From NCBI RefSeq assembly GCF_964194025.1, contig NC_134473.1, positions 49,600,001 to 49,664,000 on the forward strand: a stretch of 64,000 nt of DNA, read 5' to 3'. The translations under genes were made by a program, and so were the position numbers. Below are positions 26,201-41,200 of the stretch, piece by piece. Origin of the DNA: Convolutriloba macropyga (taxonomy: Eukaryota). The notes beneath the pieces were generated by a model. The model had not been told where the DNA came from and did no database searches. It saw only the letters and a list, made by a program, of their open reading frames with translations. The first letter of the stretch is position 1; every line of letters starts with the position of its first letter.

Positions 26201-29200
26201 TGTTGGGGTTAAACACAGTGTGGAGAAGGGGACTGTTGGTCACGTGTTCTCCGTTATATGTCGCCGAAATGTTGTAATGACCTAGTGATAATCACTAACT
26301 TTTGTTTTCTAGTGCATATCTGATGCATATAAGTTATCTGACGCAAATTTGCAAAATGATAATAAATATTTTTTCAATTAGTCCAAATTTTTAAAGGATC
26401 TCTATTTTATTCTCCGAAAAATATTTTTCCAGGTCGAGGTTTCAGACCCAAGCGACCTCTGATCAGAACATTTTCCAGGTTTTTCCCTCTGATCGGACCC
26501 TTAATTGTGCGACCATTGTCTAGAATACTGTGTAACCATAACCCCAAGTGCACCATGATGTGCAACCACTTATTTTGGGTCGCACTTTACCCCATGCGTG
26601 ACTCGAGTTATTTTAATCACAGGTCGCTTGAGGCTATAATTTCAAACTAAGGAACACTTTAGTCATTTTCTTTGCCACGATTTGACCAACGTCGTATCAC
26701 ATTTTAGCATACAGCCTTGTTTACTACTCATGTTGGAGCTGAGCTTAAGGAATAACAAGCTTGCATAGGCGGGGAAAATAGAAACAAAACACTTTCTGTT
26801 GTCTTAGTCATTTAATAGTTATAGTTATAGTTCTAGTTCTAGTTACAGTTTGTCACGTGAGAAAAAAGAGAAAAGGGGGAAATAACAAAAAGCAACACAC
26901 AGAACTCAACGTAGTAGCCGCAGAAAACGGCTGAAAGTATAACTCAGCAAAATATTGCAAAAACAAATTGTCTTGAGCAGTAAATAACGTGTTACTGTGT
27001 CTTGAACTAGAAATATTCCTGAGCAGTAAATTGTTACTGTGTCTTGTATGCAAAATATTATTCTTGAGCAGTAAATTCTGTTACTGTGTCTTGCATCAAC
27101 GAATTATTGGAGCTGAAATTCAACTGTTACAACCCCAACTTCTGGTATTCTCAACTTGTGAGTACAAATAGCAAAAGCCAACTTAAGTTTAAATTTAAAT
27201 ATTTTTGCACAAACAGGTCTTGGACATATATCTTTGTCTTCGATTTGTTTTTTCTATCGGATTGAACTGGTATACATAAAGAGATCCCGTATTGTGTGAT
27301 CTGTAGCAATCCAGTTCGAATTGATAGTTGAAAAAACTAAGATTAGCCAATAATTACGAACATAATAGTTAATGCAACGGTAAGTACAGCAGAGCGGATA
27401 TACAGTTACAAAAGCGAACTGCATAAACGAAGTATCCGGACAGATTTTGTAACCACTCAGAACGAACTGGGCGGTGTAAAACTTTCTTTGTGAAACACAA
27501 GGAGAGCAGCCGTTACAACTCAAATCTTAGGTGATTTGTTAGTATTTTGGATTCCACTCATCGAGAATGAGAAAATTTTTATCGGATTATTTTAATTGAC
27601 TGTTACTGTTTAATTTCAATTCAGTACAAATCGCACAACTAGAGCTGATTTTAAAAGCATATCGAGAACTTCAATGCGAAGAATTGCGGTGAATTTAGCG
27701 ATGAGATTTTTTGTTCACCGCAATTCTTTCAAATAATATAGGGCTTGGCCAAACTTCAAATCAAATTCTCATAATGCAACACAGTCAACACTCAAGAACC
27801 CCAATCGTTCTATCAATTGGCACATTTGCAAATTCTTAAACTCACCTAAAATTTTCGGGGTGAATGTGTACTTCTGTAAAGTGGGATTTCCAGACACAAG
27901 CTGGCAATTCATAGGTTTGTTATCCGGACCCACACATTTAAATGTCACCAAATCACCCACGTCAATTCCACAATCAACAACATACTCCGCTTTTGTATTC
28001 ACAACAGTAGCAGGTTCGTTCTGCTGTAGCAAAATGTTATCCTTCGTGGGCAAAACGAAAAATTCGAATGGACTCCCTCTCGCGGGTGAATTTCTAATCG
28101 AGCATGTTAAGAAATGGGATCCCGTCTCGCTGGGGTTGTATGTTAGAACAGCGCGGTTTGCGCTCTGTTTTGTGACCTGAACTTGTCCTCTGTTGCCACT
28201 TGGAGCCTCAACAGAGGTTGAAATGTCTTTCTGGTCAGTCCGAGCCGGGAGGGTCAAATTGAACTTCAACTAAAAAGACACCAAAAAAATCTTTGAAATC
28301 TTAAGCAAAAAATTCGTAATTTAATCAACGTTTTGAACTGGCTGGTTTCTTTAGTGGAGATCAGACTTTCTGAGGTAGAGTTTCGAATTTCTAAGTGTGC
28401 TTATTAGTTCCAGAAAGATATAGTTCATACCAAATTTCCGACTCATTAGCGGCTACTCTGCAAGTTTGCAGATACTCATTCGCAATCTTTTTTGCTGACC
28501 TTATATCAGTCCAGTATAATATACAACTTCCATGTAATATCATTATGTAGCAGCTTCGGAAACGTACGTGCTTTTGGTGTTCGCTAATGAAACAATGCGC
28601 GCAAAGGACAGGTCGAACTTTTAACAAAAGAGAAAAAGAGAAAAATTTTCTCAAATAAAAATTGGTGAATCTGGAGGTCAAACAATGTTTTGTAATACAC
28701 CACGAATTCTGAACGTCTCATGGTCAGGTTTTAGTTTGATATAGGGATCATTTTGGTGTACGTCTTACCAAATTGTCGATGAATACGGCAGGACAATTTC
28801 CCTTGGGTGACCTGTTGGCTGTTTTTGTGTCTAACTGCAAAGTGGCCGAGTTCAACTGACTTGCATATAGCTCGCCCTAAAAAAGAAAAGACATTTTTGT
28901 GGTAATTTTTTTTCACCCCGATTATTGTGACCTCCATTTTTTTTACATCAAATCTTTTCACTCCTTTCTCATTTAATCCCAAAAACGTTTCAGCATAAAA
29001 CCCTACACCCAAAGCTCACGATTTTTGAAAACTAACTGTGCCAACTACATAAGGAATTGAGACCGGGTGAAAAGATAGGGGGTGAACATGGTAGGAGTGA
29101 AAAAGTGGCCACCCTTTCACATACAATGATATGACGCAGTGATAAAGAACAATTGAAGTAAAGCAGTCTTCTATTGATTTCGAATGATAAGAAGTCAATT

Positions 29201-32200
29201 GCTTTCAAGGGATGTTTGCTCTGTTTTAAATAATTTTGAAAGATTTTATTTTCATAAATGGTACTTTTCTCACTTGTTTTTGTTGGTTAATTTATTCGCA
29301 CTTGATTTATTGCCTGTTTTACTATTTTTTTAAAATTTTATCTTACTATTCGCTTTTGAAAATATGCCCTTTTTCCATTATAACTTGACTCAGTTGCATT
29401 GTTCGAATTTGATATTTCTTCAAGGCTAGTGAGCTAATGAGATACGCGTCTGTTCAATAATCCTCATTGAGTGAAGCCGTTATAGGCAACTTGATGGCGG
29501 TTTTGTCATCGAAATTCTTTTAAATTTTACATATACTTCCAAAACTTCCAGTGCATGGGAGCTCACCGAACGCAGAAGTGGATGGGAAACAAAAATCAGT
29601 AATGAAAGTCTCCCATTTCTCTTTGTTTTTTTTTGCAATTTCCCTCCACATTTAACAATATGTTTTTTTTAAATTTTAGCAGCTCTAATAAAAATTGGCA
29701 GCTCGTCTCTTTGAATAAAAAAGTTAGGATCGCCTGCTCCCTCTAAATATTAGTCGGTTTCATCCACTTTGAAAAGGGTGGCCAGTCGATAACAGATAAC
29801 AAATAATTCGTACTAATCAGTATTCTAAAAATTTTGTTCATAAAATATTCTTAAAAAAGCTTAATAACATAAAGATTTCAAAAACAACAATCCTGATGCA
29901 AGGAAGAAAACTTTTTATTCGAAGACCAGTAGAAAAAAGCAGAAAATTGTTGCGGTATAAATCTCCCAGATTTTCCCTAAACATATCATTAGGAGTTATG
30001 TCTATTAAACTGAAGATCTTAACCAAAGTCTCAGAGTGGTTATATGTTCCATAAATGTTACATCAAATCGCTGTTCAAAGATATTACAGCTTTCCAATGG
30101 AATTTGATTCCAAATTTTGATCTTTTTAGCTTCTTTTATGTTGATGATGCATCAATTCAAGAAGGCCAAAGCCAATATTACAAAACTTGAAACTCTTCCC
30201 GCCAAAAAAGTGGAAACTTGACTTCGTCCAAATAACACGTGTAAAACAGTAACTCTCCGATAAAAGAGACTGAACTTAACATTATCTTACTGAATTTACA
30301 TTACTAGAAACGTGTTCTCTACACATAGAGTACATAGTTTTTTGGTGATTTTTCTGTGCGATTTTTTTTGCAATCCTTCTGATAAACATATTTTTCTTGC
30401 TCACAAGCATCCCCCTTTTTCCGCCCGCTCTATTGAATATAATTTGAGTTTTTTTTATGACAATTTGGTGGTGGAATTCTAATTTACACAGTTACCGGAA
30501 TTCTAAAAGATTTACTTGTTGGCGGAATTCTGTCTTGTTGGTGTTCTATGACAATGGGTATTCTATGACAATGGGTATTCTATGACAATGGATGTTCTTG
30601 TTCTTTGACGACATTTTTTTTAATATACCGAAAAAAAATCAAAATCTGTGACATTTTTTTTTGGAAAATATAGGTTTCAGTAGTCACCTAGAGAAGGCCA
30701 CGACATTTGTTTTTGGTTTCAGACGTTACCGCAGATGATCGCCTAGGTCTCAAACGTTACCTAAGAAGTCCCGTTCCCCCTTAAAAAAAGATTGATTCAA
30801 AAATTGGTATTTTTCTCACCATAGCTTGAGCAAAGAAGCAACTCTTAGTTTTCTGAAAGTTCTGGCAATATTTCAAACTTTTGGACAAAAAATTACTGAT
30901 ACTTTTGCAACTTTTCGATAAAAAAGAGTTGATAACAGTTAAAACTCAGGCGCATCAAAACAAAAATCGAGTGTCGTTTTATCTTGTTAGAAAAGGACAT
31001 GCTTGCTAACAAAAAAGCTGCAAAAAGGTTTTGATAGGAAAGTTTTACATTTTCAGAATCAGATATTAAAGTTTGTTGGAATCTTTTTCAACTTTTCGCC
31101 TTTTCTTTCTTGATAAATGGCTGCACTTTTATTGAAAAGCTCTTTGCTAGTTTAAAACAGCAGCAACAAATTCATTAAGCAAAACAAAAAAGTTTTTGCT
31201 GCTTTTGCTAAGTAATTGAAAAGTGAAAGCTACATAAGCCAGAATATTTAAAAACAATTGATCAAAAAGCAAGCTGATAAGCAAAATCATTTTGTACGCT
31301 TCGTGCGATATTCCAACTCAGATAGCAAAATCTTGATCAATACTTATGTCAACATTGCTTCTACAGAGGTCAGATTTTTATTTTAATTTGTCCTCTGTCT
31401 CAGCAGTTACAGTTGAAGTCCCTTTTTCCCTGGTTAAAAACGTTACCAATTAGATGAAGGAAGTTTTTTTTCCAAAGATCACTGTAGTCACCAACTGTCA
31501 CAGTAGAAAAACTGATTTCAGGCGTCACCTTAAAAAATGATTAAGATTGATGATTAAAGACAGTTTCATATGTTACCTTCACATAAAAGATTCTTCAGTT
31601 TGGTGTTCAAAACAGCAAAAATAAAAGAAACAGTTCAACAGAAAAGATCTCACAAAAAAAAAAGTTTCTTTGCAAGCTACCTAATTTGTGTTCAGTAGCT
31701 CGTGTTGCCTGAACGCATCGCCTTTTTCCTAATTACTTATTAACTGAAGTTATTTTTATTCCTTGCTCAGACACACTTGGTTAGGGTATCACTCACTTGA
31801 AGGAAAAAGAAACATCTGGAGTTTAATTGTGAGCAACTAACAAAAGCAAAAGTCCTCGGTCTAATGTAACAATTATTTAGTCATCCTATTCTTATTGGTC
31901 AAAAATTCATAAACAAAACTAGCAATTATTTGAGTCTGTTGAAAAAAAAACGGTCTACGTTAACACGTTCGAGAGTTTTCCGTTTTTCTCAAACAAAAAA
32001 TCATAAAGCTAGATTTAGCTTCAATAATATAGTGTAGTTGATTTTGGAGGGATTTCCTTTGTGTAAAATTATCAAACAAAACACATTATTAGATCTAATT
32101 GTTGAATTGGTGTTGGGCATCTCAAACCCCTTCCTTCAAAAAAGTTGCGCCGCGAGGAATTTTTCAAGCCGTTTTTACCTATCTCCCATTAAAAAAGAAC

Positions 32201-35200
32201 TCGAAAAAAAGAAAGAGATCAAAACAGCAAGATAACAAAGAAAAACACTCAGAGCTGCCAGATTGCACTGAACATTTTTAGGATGTCAGAATTGAATTTC
32301 AAGAATCAACAGGATCTTCTGCAAACCGCAATTTCATAGAGAAAAAGTTTTAGAACGCTGACTCTTCTAATAAACAACATCAAAGAAACAAAGAAGGAAC
32401 TGAGAAAAGCCGCTGAAAAAGTTTTCCTCGAAAACCGTCATGCAAGCACATTTTCATCAATAGCAGAAACACAGTCAAACCTTCTCTTGAAGTTGCAGAT
32501 CTTCGAACATGAAGTCAATAGCCTGGATGACGACGGAAAATTCAGCCAGTCGTCCACACGATTATGAGATGACATAAGCGTCAGTTTGAAGTGCAGCTCA
32601 CGCCTTCTTGAATCCAACAGATCATCGCCAACACGAACCGAGAAGTCAACACAGGCGGTTCAGGACAAAAATAATGAAGTTAAAGTTCTACTCCAACCTC
32701 CACCAATACCTCCCAGTACAAAACCTTCCCTCTTTTTGCCAACAAACAGCAATACACAACCACTGTTATCAAAATTGCTGAGAACTAGTCAAACATTCTC
32801 AGCAAAAAAGTCCAAAGCGAACCAACAACTGGATACATCCACAAATCCGTTTGCCTTTGACACAATTCAAAATGACGAACTGAATCCCAACGCATCAGGA
32901 GACATCACATTACTTCCAAAAAAGCAACCAATAGACGTTTCGTTTGAGGCTGATGTAACCTCCAACAAAAAGTTTGATGATTTTCAAAAATTCAAACGTC
33001 AACAGCCACAATCACAACCTTTGAGAATAAACAACATAACACCAACATTCCAAATACTAAACAAAAAGCTGAACATATTTCAGGATATAGTGAAAACAAT
33101 GTTGAGCCTAACATAACTCAACAACAGAAAACAACCGCTGAGGATACGTACCCGCAGACGTGTCAATTTGGCAATGAAATTAGTATTCAGAACAAACCTT
33201 GCAATCAGTTTCATGTACCTAACAATATTGATAACATGTCAATTTTTACAACTATCTCCCCTAGTGCCATTCAACAGGTAACAGGACCATATGAACAACC
33301 GCAGGAATCCTTTTTATTAATTCAAGCTCAACAAACTGATCAAGTACTTTTGAAAAACCGTGAAACACAGATCGGTTTAGAAAGTTCTACTGCACAAAAC
33401 CAATCGGAATTTCAAATTCTTTCCACTACAAGAGATAATATAAGTGGCAAACAAACAGTGCCAGCAGTTGTCAGACCAAAAACGAAAATTCATGAACCGC
33501 AATTTGACTCAGGAGAACTTGACATCAATGTACAAAGTCTCAAAGAGCAAGTGTGTCATATTCAAACTCAGAATGTACAGCAAACCACCATGAGTACAGA
33601 AAAGATTCACAATTATCAGTTTCCTCTTGGTACTATGGCAGAAACTACGATTCCTTCAAAAGTAAGGAACAGTTATGCCACAGGACCGGTGTCCAATTCT
33701 CAAATGAATACTCAAATAAACCCTGGTACTTTGCAAATCACAATGACGTCAAACGAAAAGGGGAATAATATATATGATGCAAATGTAGAGCTGTTAAACC
33801 AGCCTTTTAAAATCGTGAACTCAGTCGCAACGAGGAATATTGCGCACAATACAGAAGATCAGATAGCTGGAAGTTCACAGTCTTGGCCGAATTTACACCA
33901 GCAACAGCTCTTCGATAACCACTTTGTTCGCAATGAGATTGACAAAAACATCGAACCAAGTCATTTTGTTTAACCGTACAGGACAAAAACAATGAATGAC
34001 GGTAATTGTGCATCAGTGAACCAGTTGCTATGTCTACCAAATTCAGACAAAAAGTACACAGATCTTATACAATTGAACCACAGACACCCTGCAACAACAA
34101 TTTATAACAACAGCAATAACTACCAAAATGTAATTTCCCAATTGCCTGGTCCAACAGTTGCAATGTTTAATGATAACAGCAACCCAAAACCTTCGCATTT
34201 TGCTTAGTTACCGCAATGTCTGCCACCACCAGTTCCAGAAAACCTAAGCAAAAACTACATTGCCAACAACGTTGTAAGTAACAAGCAAGCCATCAAACTA
34301 CCACCACTCTCACTGCCGCACTTCAATTGCAACCCTCTGCGATACCATGAATGGATTAACAATTTCGTTTCTATGGTTCATAATAATAATGGTATAACTG
34401 ACACACATCGGATCACGTATCTCCAAAACTCAGTGTCTTGAAAAGCAAAGCAAATCATTGAGTCGTACTCCTGTAACCCAGCGTATTATGAAACAGCTCT
34501 AAATGAACTGATGAACCATTTTGGAGACCCAAGTGTTGTAGTGAGCGCCTTTATAAATCAACTCGAGTCATGGCACGACACTGATTCAAATAATAAAAAA
34601 TCATTTGTCGCATTCTCAAATTTTTTAAAGCGCTTAGTTCAAACATTTGAATACCTTGGCTTCCAGGCAGACCTTCAGAGCTCCACATTGCTCAAAAAAG
34701 CGAAAGAAAAAGTGCCTTACAATATTTTGTTGAAATGGACGGAACATAGGCTCACAACAACAGCTGAACCAGCTTCACTTCGTTCCTTTCAACAATTGTT
34801 AGAACTTCATGCTCAAATTTACGATACCATCAATCGCGATCAAACCTTTACGTCATTTAGACAACAACAAAACAACGTAGACTACCTCGAAGACTTTAGT
34901 GTTCTGATGGCTCACTATAAACCGTCATCACAAATAAATAACCAAAACTTATTTGGCAAAGACAATTCTAACGCTGTTTTGCAGCCTGCAATTAAACCAC
35001 AAATAACCACTTCTAATAGGGAGTGGTCATCCTCGGTAACTATCTCAAACAACGCGAAAGCTAACGGAAAACTGCAAAACAACCGACATTGCCCCCATTG
35101 CAATAATACCATTTTTTGGCAACTTGTCCCGACTACCAAAAGCAATCACCACAAGATCGATATAAAATCGTTATCAAAAAGAAATTGTGCACGAATTGTT

Positions 35201-38200
35201 TGAGCAATAATCACCTCAGACAAAATTGCTTTTCACAAAAGAACTGCCACGGCTGACATCATTCTACTCTACACGACCCTTCAAAACAAGTGAAACGACC
35301 GCCAGCAGCATTCTCCACAGGATCTGCTCCATTTAGTCCTACACAGCATCCATCAAATGAAATGCCACCAAGCCAAAACAACCAACAACACTGTGGACAA
35401 TCTTTTGGTAAAACGGAGGAGCCAAATACTCAGAGGAGTAACCTCGATTCTCCTTCAAATAATCAAAGCTTCTGCGTTAATAAAAAGCCGTCTCCTCCGA
35501 GAGACTGGCTTGAACAACTAAAGTTGATGCCGGCGTCTTTTGTCAATGGCAACAAAGCCTTTGATAAGTATGCACTCATAGATCATGGCAGCCAGTTCAC
35601 ATTCTTGCTTGACACCATAACAAACTTCTTAGCACTTCCTTGCGAAGCGCAAACATCTACTACACTCCAATACATGAATACCCAGAACGAAATGCCACTC
35701 TCAAAGATAACAGCGCAGTCATTATCACTCCATATACATCATTGAGACAAAGCTTTGAGATATCTCGTGCATGCAGCACGCCAACAATGAACGTCACACC
35801 AGCCAACACATTTGAGTTGAATCAATTATGTAAACACATTTGATAATCTCGGCCACATACATTTCCCTCAGGTTGCTGGTGGCAAAATTGGAGCCCTGCT
35901 AGTTGTAAACACTTTCTCTTACACTCATCCAATCGAAGTAATATCGGGAAACATCAATCAGCCGTTTGGTGTGAAAACAAAACTGGGATGGACATTAGCT
36001 GGGGAGTATGAAACTTCTCTCCACCCTTCAAAATCAACAATTAACCATCGTTCAACAACAACTAAAACATTCATTTATCATGTTTCAAGACAGCAGACGG
36101 AAGAACCACAGTGAAGCAAATTAGTTGAGCATTTCTGGAAAATTGAAAGTGAAGGAACCCAAGAAAACAGTTCTGTTCTTTCAGATGAAGACAACGGTGC
36201 CCTAAAAGTTTTTCAGAAAACTATCCGACATAACTCTGAGAGATATGAAATTGGTTTTCCTTGGAAAACGCCTTGCCTTTTGGAGAACAATTATTACTGT
36301 GCTCTTAATCAGCTGAAGTGCTTGGAGAAAAGACTAGGTAATAATCCAACGCTGAAAACAAATACGATCAAACGCTTTCAATAGACTTAATCAAACATTA
36401 TATAAAACCAGTCGAAATGACAGAAGCTGAACACGAAAAAATATGTTACCTGCCTAATCATCCTGTTCAAAATCCGAACGAACCGGGAAAAATTCGACGG
36501 GTGGCAAATGCCGCTTCAAAGTATCGAGGACAGCATTGAACAGCAACCTCCTAACAGGACCAGATCTCTTGAACAGCTTACTTGGCATACTGCTACGTTT
36601 TCTTGAACATCCAGTTGCAATATTTGCAGATATTGAAAGTATGTTCATGCAAATTGCTGTCAGACAAGAAGATCAATCTGCACTTAGGTTTCTCTAGTCG
36701 AAAAACAATTTTATAATGCAATATCAGTTCACTCGGTTGATTTTTGGGGCAACTTGTTCGCCTTCAATGGCCATATTTGTCCTAAATCAATGCGCTAAAG
36801 ACAATGCAGAAAATTTTCCCAAAGCTTTTGCAGCAATAACGAAACAATTTTACATGGAAGACTACGTTCATTCGCTGCCCACTATCACTGAAGCGAAAGA
36901 CACTGTAATGCAAGTCAAAGAATGCCTCCAACAAGGAGGTTTCAGATTGAACAAGTTCTTTTCTAATTGTCCCGAAGTGCTGGAACAAATTCCATGTGAA
37001 GACTTAGACGAGTCAAAAGATTTCGCTCGCGTATTAGGACAAAAATGGAATTTCGTTGATGATAAGTTTTTCATAAAACCATTGGAAGAGTTTCCAAAGA
37101 ATGCAGCAAAGTATAACCAAAGAAAACTGCTGAGACTTGTTGCGTCGATTTTTGACCCAATCGGTATTGCGTCACCAGTGACTATACGCTTCAAGATTGT
37201 AATGCAACAAATATGGCAACTAGGTTTAAAATGGGACACACCGCTACCCGAGAAATTACATAAACCATTGCAAAAAATACTAAACATCTATTTCGGATCA
37301 CCCCCCATTGAACACTCGCGAGCACTCAATTTTCTTGCAAGTTCACAGGAAATTGAACATCAATTGCACGTCTTTATTGATGCGTCTACTTGTGCTATGG
37401 CAGCAATAATTTATCTACGAAGTTATGACGATAACACCAAACAAACAGAAACCAGCTTCAAAATCAGTAAATGCAAAGTAACGACTTTAAAATTGTTGAG
37501 CGTTCCAAAACTTGAGCTTGAGGCCGCAATAATCGGGATACGACTACTGAAAACAGTTCAAAAAGAGACAAAACTGAAGATACACGATACACATTTTTGG
37601 ACAGAGAGTCGAGTTGTTCTGGATTGGATTGCTTCTAAGAAGAAACAGAAATTGTTCGTTGCCAACAGAATCCGAGAAAAACACGAATCTTCACAATCCA
37701 ATCAATGGCATTATATACCAACAAATCAAAATCCTGCAGACCATGGAACACGTGGCCTAGAACCAGAAGAATTATGTTCTAAATGGTTACAGGCTCCTGA
37801 TTTCCTAAATAAACATTACTCCGACTGGAACTCCGTACACAAAATAGTTTCTGTTCACACAACGAGTACATCAAAACCGAATGAACCAGTCATTGACCCA
37901 ACCCATTTTCGATCTTGGACAAAACTGCTGTTAACACTCGCAACTATTTACAACCTGCTCTTCAGAACTAAAAAAAACGAAATAACAAAGACCAGTACAC
38001 TGAAGACGACATCAACCAAGCACACAGTCACTTAATTCGAATTTCACAGGAAAAAGTTTTCCATTCAGCTATTCACTCGCTAAGAAGCGGACGTAAACTA
38101 GACTCTAAATGCAAGATTCGATCCCTAAGTCCGTACTTAGACAAAAACGGAATATTTAGATCACAAGGCCGACTACAATTTGCTCCTGAAAAGTTACAAT

Positions 38201-41200
38201 TAGCTAAATTACCAATAATTCTTCATGCCAAAGACTCAATAACACGCCTGTATCTTGAGCATGCGCATCAAATTTTTATACACTAAGGTACCGAGGCCGT
38301 CAAAGCTTTTGTTCAACAGAGATACGTCGTTATCGGACTCAGGAAAACATTGTTAAGCATCCGGTTTCGATGTTTTTTGTGCCGCCGTTTTGATGCCCAA
38401 AATATCCAGCCATTAATGGCGCCACTACCAGTGTGCAGGTTTCCTGATACTCTCTCGCAATTCCCATTTGCTAATACAGGAATTGATTTCTTCGGACCTT
38501 TCTATATCGAAGACACCAAAGGCAAACCAAGTACTACGGCCTCATTTTTCACATGCATGGTCACAAGTGCCGCAAATCTTGAGTCATGCCCTGATTAAAA
38601 CACGGACACTTTTCTCAACGCCCTCCGACGTTTTGCATCACGAAGATGTCAACCAAAACTTATTTTGAGTGACAACGACAAAACATTTGTCGGGACAAAC
38701 GAAGAGTTGAAGCGATGCGTCCGTAGTCTCGACAATCAACGCATTGCCTCTGAACTTCTTAGAGAACACAGTTTGGAAATTTAACCCACCATATGGACCA
38801 CATTTTGGTGGTGCGTGGGAACGGTTGATCAAAAATGCTAAACGGATCATTTTGATCATTCTAGAGAGCAAGAGGCTTACATCAGATGTCTTCCACGCCA
38901 TAATGGTTGAGACCGAAAGCATGCTGAACTCTCGACCACTTACACATGTGGCTGACGTACCAGACAATGAAAAACCCATCAGCCCAAATCATTTTCTGGT
39001 GCAGAGACCTTACAATTCACTGCCACCAGGAGACTTTTCGTCAACCATGCCAGCATCCTTCAAGTCGTGGAAGAACGTGCAGCAGCTTATGAACCACGTC
39101 TGGAGACGCCTAGTTAAAGGCTACCTTCCCTCTTTAACGAAGCGAAGCAAATGGTCCGAACAGGGTGATTTGTTGAAAGTCAATGACCTGGTGTGGATCC
39201 TCAAAGACCTCACTCCCCGTGGGATATGGCCTCTGGGACGAATTGTCGAAACGCCGCCTGGAAAAGGTGGATCTGTACGCGTTGTCAAGGTAAAAACGGC
39301 TTACGGTACGTACGTCCGCCCCGTTGCCGGTCTTGCACGTGTTGTGGCTGATTAGCCGTTTTTTTGCTCACTTTTTTTCTCGGAACGGAAATCTAGGCAA
39401 CGCGAGCTACCCTCTGGTCTCTTGGTTACATCGTTCTCCCCTTCTTTGGTTTAATTTATGGGTTTCCTCTCCCCGGAGCCTGTTGATGATGCATCAATTC
39501 AAGAAGGCCAAAGCCAATATTACAAAACTTGAAACTCTTCCCGCCAAAAAAGTGGGAACTTGACTTCGTCCAAATAACACGTGTAAAACAGTAACTCTCC
39601 GATAAAAAAAGACTGAACTTAACATTATCTTACTGAATTTTCATTACTAGAAACGTGTTCTCTACGCATAGAGTACATTTTACAATAGATGAAAAGTTCG
39701 CTTTTTTTCAAATCAAAGCATTCGGAGCGCTCAATTTCCAAAAATGTAAAATCACCGTGTCCCTATATCAAAACTTCGAGGAGCAGAATTCATGAACCAT
39801 TTGAAAAAATTTTATGTGTAAAATTTAATTACCCACATCAAATAAGCATTTGTCTTATCTCATCTATGTAAAGTTGAAAACTGTTTTTCATCTGTTCACA
39901 TAAAAATCAGTTCTTATAAACAAAAATGGAGACAACAACTATTTTTGAAAATCTTGCTTAAAAAAACCTCCAACATTATCAGGTAGTTTCTTATTCACTA
40001 TTATCACCCCAAAAACTATTTTAAAAGTTTTTCAGATGATTTTCACTTATTCTCTAAAAACCACGTTATTGCTTAAATATAACTATAGAAAAAATATTTT
40101 GAATTCTATAAAAAACAAAGATCTGGTCGCCGTTAACTGCAAAGGTCCCTTTCGAACAGATGCAGCTAATTTTAAAAACTCATTTTTGATTGCTGAATTA
40201 CACAACTTTATTGCTCTCTTCCAAAATATGTTAGGTGTAAAATCATAGCTGATACAACAAATAGAAAAGTTCGAAGAGCAAAACAGTTGGTAAATGCAAA
40301 AGGCTGTGTAAAACTAGAAACCAACCAACAACTAACGCATTGTCAAAACCTACAAACAGAGAAGAAGAAGGCTTGAAGAAAAGAAATGAGGCAAAAATGA
40401 AAATATGAACTAAAAATCAGCTAAACAAAAGACAAGCATAGAGAACTATTGAAAGAATGAAACAACAATTCCAATTTGAATCAATCGCGAACTCTTATAA
40501 CAGTCCAATGATAATTAAAAGTTAGTCCCAAATTGGTTAATTATGGGTTCAGAACAGTTACCTGAACAGTTACCTCGAACATATAACCGAGCAAAGCGTT
40601 CAAAATTTGTGCAGTCTTTAGGAAGAAGTTGAATAAAGTTTTTTCCAAGACTAAAACGAATTAGTGGAATTAACTAATAATTTCAGATAGCACATACAAA
40701 AAACATATAACAATATTAAAATTCATTTGATGCTGGGATTAATTCTTATTCTTCCGCTGCATTTTTTCTTTTGCGGCCTACCAAAAATATAACATTCGGC
40801 TTGATTTTTAATTTATTTAATGCGGGTTTCAACAGCATTAGTGAACAAAAAACGGCAGTTAACGCAGCAGCATAATTACCAGAAATGGTGAGGATTTCAA
40901 TTGGGAAAATGTAATCTGATAGAGGTTTTTCGCCGAAAAACTTACTTAATATTTGCCGTTAAACCGTTTCCATATTTAGTGGTCATACAAATCCGGGTCT
41001 TGATTTCTCATGCATGCAAGAATCAGAGTTTTTAAAAGATTGCAAGGAAAATAGGGATACGAAACCTGTCTCTTGAACAAACGATGCCTGAACAGCAAGG
41101 TACAGTTTCCTTTGAATTTGTAGAGGCAACGCAATTAATTTTAACTCCAACGAGAAGACTCAAAAATTAGAAGAAAAGAAAACGAAGATATTCGTAACAC

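Larger units (their letters stand above)
30139..39677 (+). mobile_element. BEL/Pao LTR retrotransposon, full length, decayed; antisense in a filamin intron
   Basis: LTRs 30139-30334 and 39481-39677 (TG…CA), TSD TTTTA; gag-PR-RT-RH-IN domain order with Pao-type motifs. Confidence 0.95.

Noticed and set aside
36782-38979. Antisense ORFs within BEL pol
   Set aside because: Shadow frames of the pol coding sequence with no independent motifs
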